Shown: positions 26,983-38,326, counted from the first letter of the stretch. The stretch: 64,000 nt of DNA from an uncultured delta proteobacterium (GCA_963737265.1 CAVTRY010000021.1:192001-256000); one strand, 5' to 3'. The notes: a model not told the origin generated them from the sequence alone. Numbers and translations are program-made.

Positions 26983-27714
26983 ATGGCGCGCCTATACGTT
27001 TCGCCGGACAAGCTGCAAGGCGACAGAGCAACGCTCGATGAAGCAGCACACCGCCACCTGGTCAAGGTGCTCCGCCTGGCGCCCGGGGCTACGTTCGGCG
27101 TCTTCGACGGCAAGGGTACCGAAATCGAGGCGCGCATCGAAAGCGTGGGACGGGCATCGGTCGACATCGTCCTCGGGGCCCGCCGGCAACTCCCTGCGCC
27201 AGCCTGCGCTATCACCTTGCTCCAGTCGCCGCCACGGGGCGATCGGATGGACCTCATCGTTCAGAAGACCACCGAGCTCGGGGTGGCGCGCATCGTTCCG
27301 GTCCTCACCGAGCGCGGCGTGGCAAAGCCTGGTTCCGACGGCCGGGATCGCCAGAGGCGCTGGCAAACCATCGCCGAAGAGGCAGCCCGTCAGTCGGGCA
27401 GGGCCGATGTCCCCGACGTGGCGAGCGTCGTTACGCTGGCGGAAGCTGTCGGCAAGATTTCCGTCCCCGCCGGCAGCCGGTTCGTGCTGTGGGAAGAGGA
27501 GCGCGCGCAGTCATTCCGCCAAGCGCTTGCCGCCGGTCCGCACGAGGTTGCCGTCCTGGTCGGCCCCGAAGGTGGCTTTCCCGCCGCCGAGGTCGAGCTC
27601 TGTCGCGCCTCGGGATTTCAAGCCGCGGGTCTTGGTTGGCGCGTCCTACGCTCGGAAACGGCGGCCATTGTGGCGGTGGCGCTCGCGCAGGCAGCAGCCG
27701 GCGGGTTGGACTAA
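26983..27714 (+). CDS. rsmE: 16S rRNA m3U1498 methyltransferase
   Basis: 'HLVKVLR', 'KTTELGV', 'VGPEGG', 'VLRSETA'. Confidence 0.95.
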   Translation: MARLYVSPDKLQGDRATLDEAAHRHLVKVLRLAPGATFGVFDGKGTEIEARIESVGRASVDIVLGARRQLPAPACAITLLQSPPRGDRMDLIVQKTTELGVARIVPVLTERGVAKPGSDGRDRQRRWQTIAEEAARQSGRADVPDVASVVTLAEAVGKISVPAGSRFVLWEEERAQSFRQALAAGPHEVAVLVGPEGGFPAAEVELCRASGFQAAGLGWRVLRSETAAIVAVALAQAAAGGLD

Positions 27715-27776
27715 CTTGAGCAAAACCAGATAGCAAGAAACTTGCGACCGCAGGCAAGCCTTCGCAGAATGCTCGG

Positions 27777-28385
27777 GTGACAAGCTACGCTGCCATCGTC
27801 GACCCGCCTAGCAACCTCGGCGCGCCCAGTCCGACCGCGGGTGCCACGCGACCGGTCCGCCTGGCTTCCGATAGATCCAAAGTCCATGGCCAGGGGCAGC
27901 GCGTGCTGCGCGTCCGGGCCGCGGTCTTTCCCCGCCGTATGGCCGCCTCGATCGTCGATCTCCTGCTCGTGACACTCGTCTCGACGGCGGTGACCGTGGT
28001 CGCCGCGCTCGCGCTCGGCGTGCGCCTCCCCGGCAGCAAAGAATTTGGCGCGGATTTCGTAATGGCCGGCTTGCTCGATCGCAATCCCATGGTCTTGGGT
28101 GCACTGGGACTGTTTCTCGGCATGAGCGGCCTTTATCAAATCTATCTCGGCGGCATGCTCGGCCAGACCCCGGGAAAACGGCTTCTGCGCTTGCGTGTGA
28201 TTTCCTCGCGCGGCCAAGTGCCTGGACCGGTCGTCGCGAGTGTGCGCTTCTTGGCCATGCTGCTTTCCCTCGCGCCGGTGGGCCTCGGCTGGCTGTGGTG
28301 TATTTTCGACCGCGAACGCCGCGCGCTCCACGATCACCTGTCCGGGACCTATGTGATCTTCGACGGCGACGCCGACGAGCACTAA
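27777..28385 (+). CDS. RDD family membrane protein
   Basis: 'RRMAASIVD', 'GQTPGK', 'RALHDHLSGT'. Confidence 0.9.
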   Translation: MTSYAAIVDPPSNLGAPSPTAGATRPVRLASDRSKVHGQGQRVLRVRAAVFPRRMAASIVDLLLVTLVSTAVTVVAALALGVRLPGSKEFGADFVMAGLLDRNPMVLGALGLFLGMSGLYQIYLGGMLGQTPGKRLLRLRVISSRGQVPGPVVASVRFLAMLLSLAPVGLGWLWCIFDRERRALHDHLSGTYVIFDGDADEH

Positions 28386-28410
28386 CAGCGGAAAGCCTTA
28401 ACCAACCACC

Positions 28411-29484
28411 ATGCCCCTGTCTGAGACTGCCCAGGCACTGGTCCGTCGCGGAGTCGTCACCCGCGAAGCCGCCATCGAGGCCGAGCGGCGCAAGAAGATC
28501 TACGGCGGCGGCCTCGATACCTTGCTGCTCGAGCTGCGGGCCACCGACGAGGAAACCCTCACCAGCCACCTCGCCGAAATCCTCGGCATTCCAGCCGCGC
28601 CAACGTCCAGGGTCGAAAAGGAGTCGGTGCCGGCGGCCAAGAAGTGTATCGACGACGCCACTGCGCAGAGGCTGGGCGCCGTGCCGATGGCTAAGTGCAA
28701 CGACGTCCTGGATGTGCTGGTCCGACCCGATCACGACCACGACATGCTGGTGGCGTGGGCCGCGGAGCGCGCGCTTCTCATCGAGCCCATGCTGGTCAGC
28801 GAGGTTCGTTTCCGTGGGCTCTTACACACCCTCTACGGCATCCCGGTGCCACCGCGCTATCTTGCGCTGCTGGCCAGACTGGTTGGCACCGCCCATGCGC
28901 GGGCTCTTGCGGGCGACCGAGCACGGGTGGGAGGCCGAACGTCGACGACAGGTGGCGGCGTCGACGAAGTCGAGACCCTGCTCATCGCCGCGCGTTTCGG
29001 TGATGCCGAGGCGCGGCGCTCGGCCCTGCGGCTGCTGGCGCGACGACTCGACCATCCGCGCGTGGTCGCCTTTCGCCACGCGCTGGAGAAAAAGGCGGCC
29101 GACACCGATAGCGCGGCCGCGGGTGCATTGCGAGCGATCGCCGAGCTGCGGGACAAAAATGCCGTGCCCGCCGTGGTCGAATTGCTGGAGACCGGAAACG
29201 AGGAGGTGGCCGCCGCGGCGCAGGCCACCTTGGTAGCACTCACCTGCGAGGATCTTGGCCGCAAGACCAAACGCTGGCTCGAATGGTGGGAAAAGATGGG
29301 CAGCCGGACCCGCCTCGAATGGTTGCTCGACGGCCTCGCCCATCGCACGCCCGAGCTTCGACTGGCCGCCTCCAACGAGCTCTACGAGATTTCCGGCGAA
29401 TACTTCGGCTACCACTACGACCTGCCCGAACGCGACCGCGAAGAGGCGCGCCAGCGCTGGATTGCCTGGTGGCAAAATCGCTAG
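28411..29484 (+). CDS. GspE_N/MshEN-like + HEAT-repeat protein
   Basis: 'ALVRRG.VT...GGGLDTLLLELR' (MshEN-like) and C-terminal HEAT repeats ending in 'RWIAWW'. Confidence 0.6.
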   Translation: MPLSETAQALVRRGVVTREAAIEAERRKKIYGGGLDTLLLELRATDEETLTSHLAEILGIPAAPTSRVEKESVPAAKKCIDDATAQRLGAVPMAKCNDVLDVLVRPDHDHDMLVAWAAERALLIEPMLVSEVRFRGLLHTLYGIPVPPRYLALLARLVGTAHARALAGDRARVGGRTSTTGGGVDEVETLLIAARFGDAEARRSALRLLARRLDHPRVVAFRHALEKKAADTDSAAAGALRAIAELRDKNAVPAVVELLETGNEEVAAAAQATLVALTCEDLGRKTKRWLEWWEKMGSRTRLEWLLDGLAHRTPELRLAASNELYEISGEYFGYHYDLPERDREEARQRWIAWWQNR

Positions 29485-29534
29485 CGCCATCACGGTGCCT
29501 GGCTTGGGCGAGCCTGTGGTAGATTGCGCGCCCG

Positions 29535-31134
29535 ATGTTTGAGACACTTACCAAGGGATTCAGGTCCGCGAAGCAAAAGTTTCAGGGCCTGGCTGAGCTG
29601 GACGAGAAGACCGTGGACGAGGCGCTCGGCGAGGTGCGCACGGCGCTCCTCGAAGCCGACGTCGGCTTCGACGTCGTCAAGGATTTCTGCGCGCAGGTGA
29701 AGGAGAAGGCGGTTGGGGTCATCGTCAAGGTGCGCGCATCCAGCAAGGAAAAGGTCCGCCGCGTCACGCCCGAGGATCAATTCGTCAAGTTGTGCCACGA
29801 CGAACTTGTGCTGCTCATGGGCCCCATCGACTCGGATCTGCACTTCGCCAAGAAAGGCCCGACCGGCATCATGATGGTCGGCCTGCAGGGCAGCGGTAAG
29901 ACCACTACAGTCGGCAAGCTGGCGCGCTATCTCGAAAAGCGCGGCTCTCGCCCGCTGCTGGTCGCGGCCGACGTGTACCGCCCGGCCGCCATCGAACAGC
30001 TGCAAGTGCTCGGCAAGCAACTGAACATGCCGGTTTTCGCCGAGCCCGGCGGCAGCCCGCCGCTCATCTGCGAAAAGGCGCACCGTTTTGCCGCGGAATC
30101 GGGCCGCGACGTGGTCATTTTCGACACCGCCGGCCGTCTTGCTATCGACGAGCTGCTGATGAACGAGCTCAAGGAGATTAAACGCCGCACCAACCCGGCC
30201 AACATCTTCTTCGTCATCGACGCCATGATTGGTCAGGACGCCGTCGCCACGGCCAAGACCTTCCACGACTGGCTCGATTACGACGGCGTCATCCTGACCA
30301 AGCTCGACGGCGACGCCCGCGGCGGCGCGGCCTTGTCGGTTAAGGCGGTCACGGGCAAGCCGGTGAAATTCGTCGGTATGGGCGAATCGCTCGACCGGCT
30401 GGAGGAGTTCCGCCCGGACGGCATGGCCAGCCGCATTCTCGGCCGCGGCGACGTGGTCGGCCTGGTCCAGCAGTTCGAGGAGGTGGTCGACGAAGAGAAG
30501 GCCGAGCAGGACGCCCTGCGCATGCTCAAGGGGAAGTTCGACATGAACGACTTCCTCGAACAGATCTCGATTCTGAAGAAAATGGGGCCGCTCTCCGAGA
30601 TGGTGGAAAAGATCCCGGGCATCGCCGACGCCAACATCCAGGTCGACGACCGCGAGCTTGTCCGCATCGGATTCGATCATCTCGTCCATGACCGATGTCG
30701 AACGGCGCCAGCCCGAGCGGTTCATCATCACCAGCTGGGAAGAGGTCGTAGACAGCGGCAAGCGCAAAAAGAAGCGCAGCGCCTTCTTCGACCAAAGCCG
30801 GCTCGCCCGCGTAGCCCGCGGTTCCGGGCGCAAGGAATCCGAGGTCGCCGACCTGCTCAATCGCTTCGCGATGATGCGGCAGATGATGATGCAGCTCGGA
30901 GCATCGTCGGGGCTGCTCGGCAAGATTCCGGGCTTCAAACAGTTGGGGCAGCTCAACCAGGCTAGGAAAATGCTCGGCGGCATGGACATGGAACAGCTTG
31001 CGTCCATGATGAATGCGCAGTCGCGCGAGCGCGGACACTTCCAGGCGCCCACCCGCAGCGTCGACCGCTCCAAGGAAAAGCGCAAACGCAAGGATGCGCG
31101 CAACGCCCGCAAAAAGGCGCGCAAAAGACGGTAG
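29535..31134 (+). CDS. ffh: Signal recognition particle protein (apparent +1 frameshift at ~30672)
   Basis: 'GLQGSGKTT', 'DTAGR', 'TKLDGDARGG'; the M domain 'IISSMT..ER..P...SRLARVARGSG' continues in another frame. Confidence 0.93.
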
Positions 31135-31149
31135 CGATTGGCGCCGGGA

Positions 31150-32124
31150 TCAGAGCTTCGGCGTCGCGACCAGCAGCCTCGCCGATGTCGCGTCGATGTG
31201 CCACCATCCCGCATCGGCCGGAACCAGCACGGTCTGCATCGGCACAAGGGCCGCCTGACCCTCGCACGTCGACAGTGTGCCCTGTCCGTCGAGGCAGGTC
31301 ACCACGGCACACGTGCTGCGTGTCGGCTGCTCAAGGTGCCCGCGCATCCGCTGCTCGCGCAACGTGAAGTGAGGACAGTCAACCAAAACCCGCTCCTCGC
31401 AGCCTGGCGATTCCGCCGGTCGCCATGACCCGGAAGCGTGAGGACCAAAGCCCGAACGCGAAAAATCGATCGTCGCCATGGACTCCTCGATGTGCAACTG
31501 GCGCGGCTTGCCGTCGAGCCCCATGCGATCCCAGTCGTACACGCGAAAGGTGACATCCGACGTCTGCTGAACTTCGTAGAGGAGACATCCTTCGCCAACC
31601 GCGTGGACGGTACGCGCCGGCAGAAAGAATACGTCGCCCCGGCGTCCCTCGAAACGATTGAGCGTGGTCGCAACCTGGTGCTCTGCCAGGGCACGCTCGA
31701 GCTCGACGCGCCCAGCGCCTGGGCGGGTGCCCTGGTAGATCGCTCCGCCGTCCTCGAGAATCACCCAGCATTCGGTCTTGCCGCTCGTGCCCACGCCCAG
31801 CCTACGAGCGAGCTCCTCGTCGGGATGAACCTGGACGCTCAGACGTGCGGTGGCGTCGATGAGCTTTACCATGAGAGGGAACTCGGCTCCGCGAAAGGCG
31901 GTGCCGACGAGCGCGGTGCCGGCCTTGGCCACGAGCGCGCGCAAAGGCAGGCCCGCGAGAACGCCCTCGGCCACAATGCTCATGCCGCGCTGGTGATCCG
32001 CCAATTCCCAGGATTCGCCGATGGGTCCGGGCGGCAAGGCCGGCCGCCACGTGGCCATGCGCCGCCCACCCCAAACCAGGGGTTGGTAGACCGGATGAAA
32101 AATCAAAGGAGCGCGAATGTCCAT
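31150..32124 (-). CDS. manA: Type I mannose-6-phosphate isomerase
   Basis: 'GESWE', 'LSVQVHP', 'KTECW', 'VHA', 'EVQQTSD.TFR.YDW.R'. Confidence 0.88.
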   Translation of the reverse strand: MDIRAPLIFHPVYQPLVWGGRRMATWRPALPPGPIGESWELADHQRGMSIVAEGVLAGLPLRALVAKAGTALVGTAFRGAEFPLMVKLIDATARLSVQVHPDEELARRLGVGTSGKTECWVILEDGGAIYQGTRPGAGRVELERALAEHQVATTLNRFEGRRGDVFFLPARTVHAVGEGCLLYEVQQTSDVTFRVYDWDRMGLDGKPRQLHIEESMATIDFSRSGFGPHASGSWRPAESPGCEERVLVDCPHFTLREQRMRGHLEQPTRSTCAVVTCLDGQGTLSTCEGQAALVPMQTVLVPADAGWWHIDATSARLLVATPKL

Positions 32125-32151
32125 GGAAACGAAGCCGTTTCTAACCTACTT

Positions 32152-33054
32152 TCAGGCTCCGAACACGAGTGCTAGCACAAGAACGAGCAGCGAAATCAGG
32201 ACTGTTGCGGCGATGGCGGTGCCGACCACTGGCATGTGGCTCTTCGGCACGGAAGAATGGCGTGCATTGATGTCAGCTTTGAGATTCCCATCCGCCTCCC
32301 GCATCTGACGCAGGTAGCGTTCCTCGGGATCGACGACGCGCAGCCGCGTACCGCCGACGCGAACGATTTCTCCGTCGTGCAGAGCGCGCGATCCGGTGAG
32401 CTTTTGCCCCTCGACCTCGACGCCATTCTTGGACTGGAGATCGCGCACGACAATGCCTTGCGCGCTCCGCTCTAACGCCGCATGTTCGCGTGACACGTCG
32501 TCATCTGGCAAGGCCAAGTCGCAATGAGCCCCTCTACCAAGCAGAAAAGCGCGACCACTCGCGGCCAGAACCATCTCGCGGCCCCGCGCCGGGCCCTCCA
32601 GAACCACCAGCCGTGCGCACTCGGCGGGCGGACAGGTCTCGAAGATGTCGTGCACGAGGCGGCGCGCGAGCGTGGCGGTGCTCTCCGTCGCCGGCTTCGG
32701 CCGAGCGTCGGGAAGCTCGCCTTCGAAGACGACATCGACGCCAGCGACACCGATGGTCTCGCCCAGGGCGACGACCTCGGAGACGTTCGCCGTCAGCCTT
32801 CGCTCGCCGAGCCAGGTCCCGTTCGCGCTGCCCAGGTCCTCAAGGCGGTAGCCGCTGTCAGCGCGAAATAGGCGTGCGTGGCGGCCCGAGACGGCGGAGA
32901 AAGGCAATTCAATGGTCGCACCCACGTGGCGGCCGATGACGACCTCGCCGGTCTCAAAAGGCACCTCGACCCATCGCTCGTTGACAGGCGAGCTGAGATC
33001 GAACTCTGCACCGGCCCGGGCCGCGCGGGCGCGGATCAGAAACCGCAACAGCAA
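32152..33054 (-). CDS. Dual FHA-domain protein with C-terminal TM
   Basis: 'GR...VSGRHA...DLGSANGT' and 'GR...VSREHA...DLQSKNG'. Confidence 0.88.
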   Translation of the reverse strand: MLLRFLIRARAARAGAEFDLSSPVNERWVEVPFETGEVVIGRHVGATIELPFSAVSGRHARLFRADSGYRLEDLGSANGTWLGERRLTANVSEVVALGETIGVAGVDVVFEGELPDARPKPATESTATLARRLVHDIFETCPPAECARLVVLEGPARGREMVLAASGRAFLLGRGAHCDLALPDDDVSREHAALERSAQGIVVRDLQSKNGVEVEGQKLTGSRALHDGEIVRVGGTRLRVVDPEERYLRQMREADGNLKADINARHSSVPKSHMPVVGTAIAATVLISLLVLVLALVFGA

Positions 33055-33072
33055 CGGGATCCGTCGGACTCG

Positions 33073-33639
33073 TCAGCCCGAGGTGGATGTTGACGTTGCC
33101 GATTGTTCATCCGCCAGCGCGCCCGTGGCCACGCCGGCAGCGGGGTCTGTTACTGGCGCCGCCTCTGTGGCGGCGGGCGCGGGAAGCGGACCAGGATCGA
33201 TGCCGTGCCGCTTGAGGGTCGCCAGGTAATGGTCGCGTTCGGCGATCGCCGCCAGGAGCTTGGCGCGCATCACGTCGTTGTTCTGCTTGAGCCGCCCGAT
33301 CTCGGACAAATCCCGCTGCCGAGTCGAATCGGTTTTCGAGGCTCGCGCGAGCGCCTTGAGGAACTCCGCCTGAGGCACCTCTTGGAACGGCGTCGAGCGA
33401 TACTTGCCCACGTCTACTTTCTCGAGATAGCCCTCGGCCGACAGGCCGAGCAATGCGCGCGAGACGGCCGCTTCGCTTGCCCCGATCGCCATGGAAATGT
33501 CGACCGGGGTGAAGACCTGGCCTGAGCTGGCGAGGCTCTTGAGCTCGTCAAAAAACTCTTGCCGCCCAAGTTTTGTTCCCGAATCCGAACCAGAACCGGA
33601 ACCCGATCGTGCACTGGTGTGACTGCGCTTGAGACTCAT
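33073..33639 (-). CDS. Putative winged-helix + coiled-coil protein
   Basis: 'TPVDIS..IG.SEAAVSRAL..L..EGYLEK'. Confidence 0.6.
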   Translation of the reverse strand: MSLKRSHTSARSGSGSGSDSGTKLGRQEFFDELKSLASSGQVFTPVDISMAIGASEAAVSRALLGLSAEGYLEKVDVGKYRSTPFQEVPQAEFLKALARASKTDSTRQRDLSEIGRLKQNNDVMRAKLLAAIAERDHYLATLKRHGIDPGPLPAPAATEAAPVTDPAAGVATGALADEQSATSTSTSG

Positions 33640-33728
33640 ATTCGCCCCCACAAGACAATGACCGTGCCTTTATACATCAATTTGCCACCCGGCGTCCCCT
33701 GGACAAAATTCGTGCAGGGCGACTGTTG

Positions 33729-34814
33729 CTAGCGCCTGCGCTTGCCCCGAGCCTTGCGCCCGGGTTCGGACGACGGCGCGGCGACCGGCAACGGGTGCTC
33801 CCATAGGCGCACAGCGTCCGGATCCGCTTTGAATTTCTTGAGCAGTCGAAAGAGCAAGAAGAGCGCGGCGATCACCGAGACGATGCCGATAAACTGCGAC
33901 GTCGATACTGGCCCTACGGCGCCTCGGTCGGAGTCGCCACGGTAGATCTCGATGATGGGGCGCAAAATTCCGTACCCCATCACCCAACCGAGAAAGACCT
34001 CACCGGAGAATTTGCGCACGTGGCGCAGATACATGAGCAGGCCGAAAAGCGCCAGCCCGGCGAGGGATTCGTAGACCTGGGTCGGATGGACTGGGTAGGA
34101 AAACAGGGACGACTTGTCGAGGCCGGAGTTGCTGACATGGTCGTACCAGGCGGGCGAATCGTGCGGAAACCGGATGGCCCAAGGCAGGTCGGCGCGTTTG
34201 CCATAGTCGCAACCGAAGAGCAGACAACCCACTCGCGTGATGGCCGTCCCGAGAACGACCGAGGGCGCTGCCACGTCCGCCCAGCGAAGCAAATGAATCT
34301 TGCGCTTGTGACAACCATACCAGCTTGCCAGGAAGCCGCCGATCATGCCGCCGTAGGCGACCAGGCCGCCCTTGTTGAGCAGAAAGATATCCAGCGAATT
34401 GGCGAATTCGTGCCATTCGGTGATGATGTACAGCAGCCGCGCGCCGATGATGGACCACACCGCCGTCCACATGTAGATAGCGCCTGCCTGTTCGTTGGGG
34501 ATGCCGTCGTTCTTCGCCAGGCGCAGGGCCAGGAACCACCCCACCACCATCGATGTGCCTAGCATTACGCCGTACGAGAAGATGGGCACGGGCTCCCACG
34601 GTCGCGCCAACATGCCCCCCGAAGGAATCCACCTGCCGCCGCGAAGTCCCAGCAGAAGCCAGGCGCCGAACAACAGGTAGATCGGCGTCGAGGTGCGCGG
34701 CGTTTCGGGATTGCGGCGCCGTGCTCGACGATTCCACAGGGCGCTACCCACGGCCAGCAGCAGCGCCGCGACAAAAAGAAGTTTCGACGGAACATGCGCG
34801 AGGATCGGAAGCAT
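33729..34814 (-). CDS. lgt: Prolipoprotein diacylglyceryl transferase
   Basis: 'SYGVM', 'GARLLY', 'GGLVAYGG', 'RVGC...GC.YG', 'HPTQVYES'. Confidence 0.92.
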   Translation of the reverse strand: MLPILAHVPSKLLFVAALLLAVGSALWNRRARRRNPETPRTSTPIYLLFGAWLLLGLRGGRWIPSGGMLARPWEPVPIFSYGVMLGTSMVVGWFLALRLAKNDGIPNEQAGAIYMWTAVWSIIGARLLYIITEWHEFANSLDIFLLNKGGLVAYGGMIGGFLASWYGCHKRKIHLLRWADVAAPSVVLGTAITRVGCLLFGCDYGKRADLPWAIRFPHDSPAWYDHVSNSGLDKSSLFSYPVHPTQVYESLAGLALFGLLMYLRHVRKFSGEVFLGWVMGYGILRPIIEIYRGDSDRGAVGPVSTSQFIGIVSVIAALFLLFRLLKKFKADPDAVRLWEHPLPVAAPSSEPGRKARGKRRR

Positions 34815-34907
34815 CGCGCCCGTTCTAGCAGAAATCGCGGGGTCGAGGCGACCCGCGGGTCGCCCCACCCATGTCCGTCTATCCTAGTTCTTTCGCTAGT
34901 TCTTTTC

Positions 34908-36839
34908 CTAGTTCTTCGGCGTTTCGGTGTACTCGGCGTCGATGACGTCGTCCTTCTTGGCTGCGCCGCCGCCGTCGCCGGCTGGTTGGCCTCCGCCTGC
35001 CGCGCCCGCCTGCGCTCCTTCGCTACCGCCCGCGGCTTTGTAGAGCGCCTCGGCCATTTTGTGCGAGGCCTTTTCCAAGCGCTCGAACGCGCCCTTGAAC
35101 ACCTCGGCATCGACGGCCTCGCGGTTCGATTCCAGCGTCGTATGCGCGTCCTTGAGAGCTTCCTCAAGTGCGCCGCGCTCGCCAGCGGGAATCTTGTCCC
35201 TGTTCTCGTCGAAGTGCTTCTGCACGCTGAATTGCAGGCTTTCCAGCCGATTGCGCCCCTCGATAGCCTCGCGCCGCTTCTTGTCTTCCACCTCGTGTTC
35301 CTGCGCCTCGCGGGTCATGCGCTGCACTTCGGCCTCGGACAGGCCGGATGACGCCGTGATGGTGATCTGTTGCGCCTTGCTGGTGGCCTTGTCCTTGGCG
35401 GATACGTTCACGATGCCGTTAGCGTCGATGTCGAAGGTGACCTCGATTTGCGGCACGCCGCGCGGCGACGGCAGGATGCCTTCCAGGCCGAACTTGCCGA
35501 GCAAGCGGTTGTCGTTCGCCATGGGCCGCTCGCCCTGGTACACCTTGACCTCGACCGAGGTCTGATTGTCCGCCGCAGTCGAGAACACCTCGGACTTCTT
35601 GGTCGGAATCGTGGTGTTGCGCGCGATGAGCGTGGTCATCACCCCGCCCAGCGTCTCGATGCCGAGCGACAGCGGCGTCACGTCGAGAAGAAGCATGTCC
35701 TTCACCTCGCCCGACAGCACGCCCGCTTGCACGGCCGCGCCCAGCGCCACGACCTCGTCGGGATTCACGCCCTTGTGCGGCTCCTTGCCGAAGAAGTCCT
35801 TCACCACCTGCTGCACCTTCGGGATGCGAGTCGAGCCGCCCACCAGCACCACCTCGGCGATATCGGATGGCTTCTTGTTGGCGTCCGACAATGCTTTCTT
35901 GGTGGGCGCGATGGTGCGCTGAATGAGGTCGTCCACCATCTGCTCCAGCTTGGCGCGCGACAGTTTTATCTGAAGGTGCTTCGGGCCCGAGGCATCCGCG
36001 GTGAGGAAGGGCAGATTGATTTCGGTTTCCAGCACCTGCGAGAGCTCGATCTTCGCCTTCTCGGCCGCTTCGCGCAGACGCTGGATGACCATCTTGTCCT
36101 TGGAGACGTCGATGCCCTGATCCTTGCGAAACTCGGCGATGAGCCAGTCCATGATGCGCGAATCGATGTCATCGCCACCGAGGTGCGTGTCGCCGTTGGT
36201 GGACACGACCTCGACCACGTTTTCGCCGACTTCGAGAATGGAAATATCGAAGGTGCCGCCACCAAAGTCGTACACGGCGATGAGCTCATCCTTCTTCTTG
36301 TCGAGCCCATAAGCCAGCGCGGCCGCGGTCGGCTCGTTGACGATGCGCTTGACGTCGAGGCCGGCAATACGGCCCGCGTCCTTGGTCGCCTGGCGCTGCG
36401 AATCGTTGAAGTATGCCGGCACCGTGATGACGGCCTCGGTAACCTTCTCGCCCAGGTGATCTTCGGCGGCCTTCTTCAGCTTTCCCAGCACCTTGGCCGA
36501 GACCTCGGGCGGCGTGACCTGCTTGCCGCGAATCTCGAAATCCACCTCGCCGTGGGCGCCACGTATGGACTTGAAGGGCATGCGCTTGATGTCCTCCGCG
36601 GCCTCTTCGAACCTGCGTCCCATGAAGCGCTTGGCGGAGAACACCGTGTTCTCCGGGTTGGTAATGGCTTGCCGGCGCGCAATCTGGCCGACCAGAACCT
36701 CGCCCTTGTCGTCCCATGCCACGACCGACGGGGTCAGCCGCCCGCCTTCCTCGTTCGCGATGACCTTGGGCTCTTTGCCGTCCATGATGGCAACGACAGA
36801 GTTGGTTGTCCCGAGGTCGATTCCGATTATCTTTCCCAT
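34908..36839 (-). CDS. dnaK: Chaperone DnaK
   Basis: 'GIDLGTTNS', '[18 protein letters not shown]', 'DFGGGTFD'. Confidence 0.99.
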   Translation of the reverse strand: MGKIIGIDLGTTNSVVAIMDGKEPKVIANEEGGRLTPSVVAWDDKGEVLVGQIARRQAITNPENTVFSAKRFMGRRFEEAAEDIKRMPFKSIRGAHGEVDFEIRGKQVTPPEVSAKVLGKLKKAAEDHLGEKVTEAVITVPAYFNDSQRQATKDAGRIAGLDVKRIVNEPTAAALAYGLDKKKDELIAVYDFGGGTFDISILEVGENVVEVVSTNGDTHLGGDDIDSRIMDWLIAEFRKDQGIDVSKDKMVIQRLREAAEKAKIELSQVLETEINLPFLTADASGPKHLQIKLSRAKLEQMVDDLIQRTIAPTKKALSDANKKPSDIAEVVLVGGSTRIPKVQQVVKDFFGKEPHKGVNPDEVVALGAAVQAGVLSGEVKDMLLLDVTPLSLGIETLGGVMTTLIARNTTIPTKKSEVFSTAADNQTSVEVKVYQGERPMANDNRLLGKFGLEGILPSPRGVPQIEVTFDIDANGIVNVSAKDKATSKAQQITITASSGLSEAEVQRMTREAQEHEVEDKKRREAIEGRNRLESLQFSVQKHFDENRDKIPAGERGALEEALKDAHTTLESNREAVDAEVFKGAFERLEKASHKMAEALYKAAGGSEGAQAGAAGGGQPAGDGGGAAKKDDVIDAEYTETPKN

Positions 36840-36934
36840 GATTTAGGTCCCTTTGTGCTTGTGTCAGAGGCGAAGCGTAACGTCCGCAACAAGAGGTAAG
36901 CACCTCACCCCGTGGGTCAAGCGCCCCAGCAAGA

Positions 36935-38230
36935 TCAGGGGCGTCGCGAGCCCTGCTTGCCGATGTCGAGATCGGGCCGCAAACCCATGGCACGGGCCAG
37001 GCGAAACAGCCCTTCCATCGCGACGGTTCCGGGAAACACCACCGAGCGGATCTCGACGCGGTCGAGCGCGCGATCGAGCAGGCGCGTAGGCGCGCCCGAG
37101 CCACGCAGCCAACGGGAACGTCCGCCATCCATCGCCGGAGAAATGACCAACATGACCGCGAGGGCCAGTGCCGCCGCCATACGCGCCCGGCCAAGCTTGC
37201 CCGACACGTGCACGAGTCCCGCACAGGCGAAGACGCCGCTGACCAGAATCGCCACTGGCAAGGCTGGACGTGTGGGCTCAAGCAAGGTGGAAAACCGTTC
37301 GGGCGAATGCGCGAAGAACAGAGACGTTATCAGGGTGAGGGCAAGCCAGGCCGACACCAGCGGCGCCCGGGTGGCCAGCACGAAGATGCCGACCGCGGCG
37401 AGAATACCACCGACCACCCCAAGCTCGTCGCCGAGCTCAAGTGCTATGGCTAAAAACCCATGGCCACCAGGGGCGGCCGTAGGTGCCAGCTTGGCAAGCA
37501 GCCGGCCCATGGACACCGGCGTGGCCGCGCCAGCCACGCTCGCCAGCGCCGAGCCGCCCCAAACCGCCACCAAGCAAAGCGGAGCAAGAAGCGGCCAACG
37601 CGCCCCCTTGCGCAGCGACCACAGCGACATCCCGACCAAGGGCGGCCACAACAGCAGCCCAGCCATCGGGTCTACACCCGCCGCCAGCCCCGCGATCCCC
37701 GCCAACGCATAGCCAGACGCACTGCTGCCCGTTTCATGCAGAAGCGAAAGGCCAGCCAAAAGGCCGCCCGCCACGACCAGCAGAGTTGCCGACGCGCTAC
37801 CCGCGGTTGTGCCGACATCGAAGGTCGCCAGAGCAAGCGTCGACGCAAAGACCGCACCCGCGACGGCGATGGGTTCGTGGAGAAAATCGCGCGCCTCTTG
37901 CCGTGCATTGACCGGCGGACGCAGAACCACGATCGCGTCCAGGCACAAACGGCCAACCAGTGCCACGGCGATGGCACACAGAAAGGCCGACGCGAGATTG
38001 GAGCGAAAGGGCGTGTCTCCCAGCGGTACGTACTCAATCACTCGCATGGCAAGCACAGCGAACGGCGTGGTCTGCGTCGTGGTATCGCGCGCGATCCCGG
38101 CCGCGACTTGGGACGCCACCTCGACCCGCGCGAGGCCAAGCGGCATGGACAGGGCATAGAGCACCAGCGCACCGGCAAACAACCCCGGAGCGAGCGCGGG
38201 CCAGGCGCGGCCCTTGGCAGCCTTGTCCAT
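36935..38230 (-). CDS. Polytopic membrane protein (DUF2723-like)
   Basis: 'PLGD..FR.NL.SA'; many TM helices. Confidence 0.5.
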   Translation of the reverse strand: MDKAAKGRAWPALAPGLFAGALVLYALSMPLGLARVEVASQVAAGIARDTTTQTTPFAVLAMRVIEYVPLGDTPFRSNLASAFLCAIAVALVGRLCLDAIVVLRPPVNARQEARDFLHEPIAVAGAVFASTLALATFDVGTTAGSASATLLVVAGGLLAGLSLLHETGSSASGYALAGIAGLAAGVDPMAGLLLWPPLVGMSLWSLRKGARWPLLAPLCLVAVWGGSALASVAGAATPVSMGRLLAKLAPTAAPGGHGFLAIALELGDELGVVGGILAAVGIFVLATRAPLVSAWLALTLITSLFFAHSPERFSTLLEPTRPALPVAILVSGVFACAGLVHVSGKLGRARMAAALALAVMLVISPAMDGGRSRWLRGSGAPTRLLDRALDRVEIRSVVFPGTVAMEGLFRLARAMGLRPDLDIGKQGSRRP

Positions 38231-38326
38231 TCCCGCGATCTCACGCGAAAGCGAGGCAGAAGTCGAGCAAGTCGAGAATGTCCTTGTTTATTGACGAAGG
38301 CCGGCTCACCCGGTATCCCGGAAGGA

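Noticed and set aside
36840-36934. CIRCE element upstream of dnaK
   Set aside because: No TTAGCACTC-N9-GAGTGCTAA found
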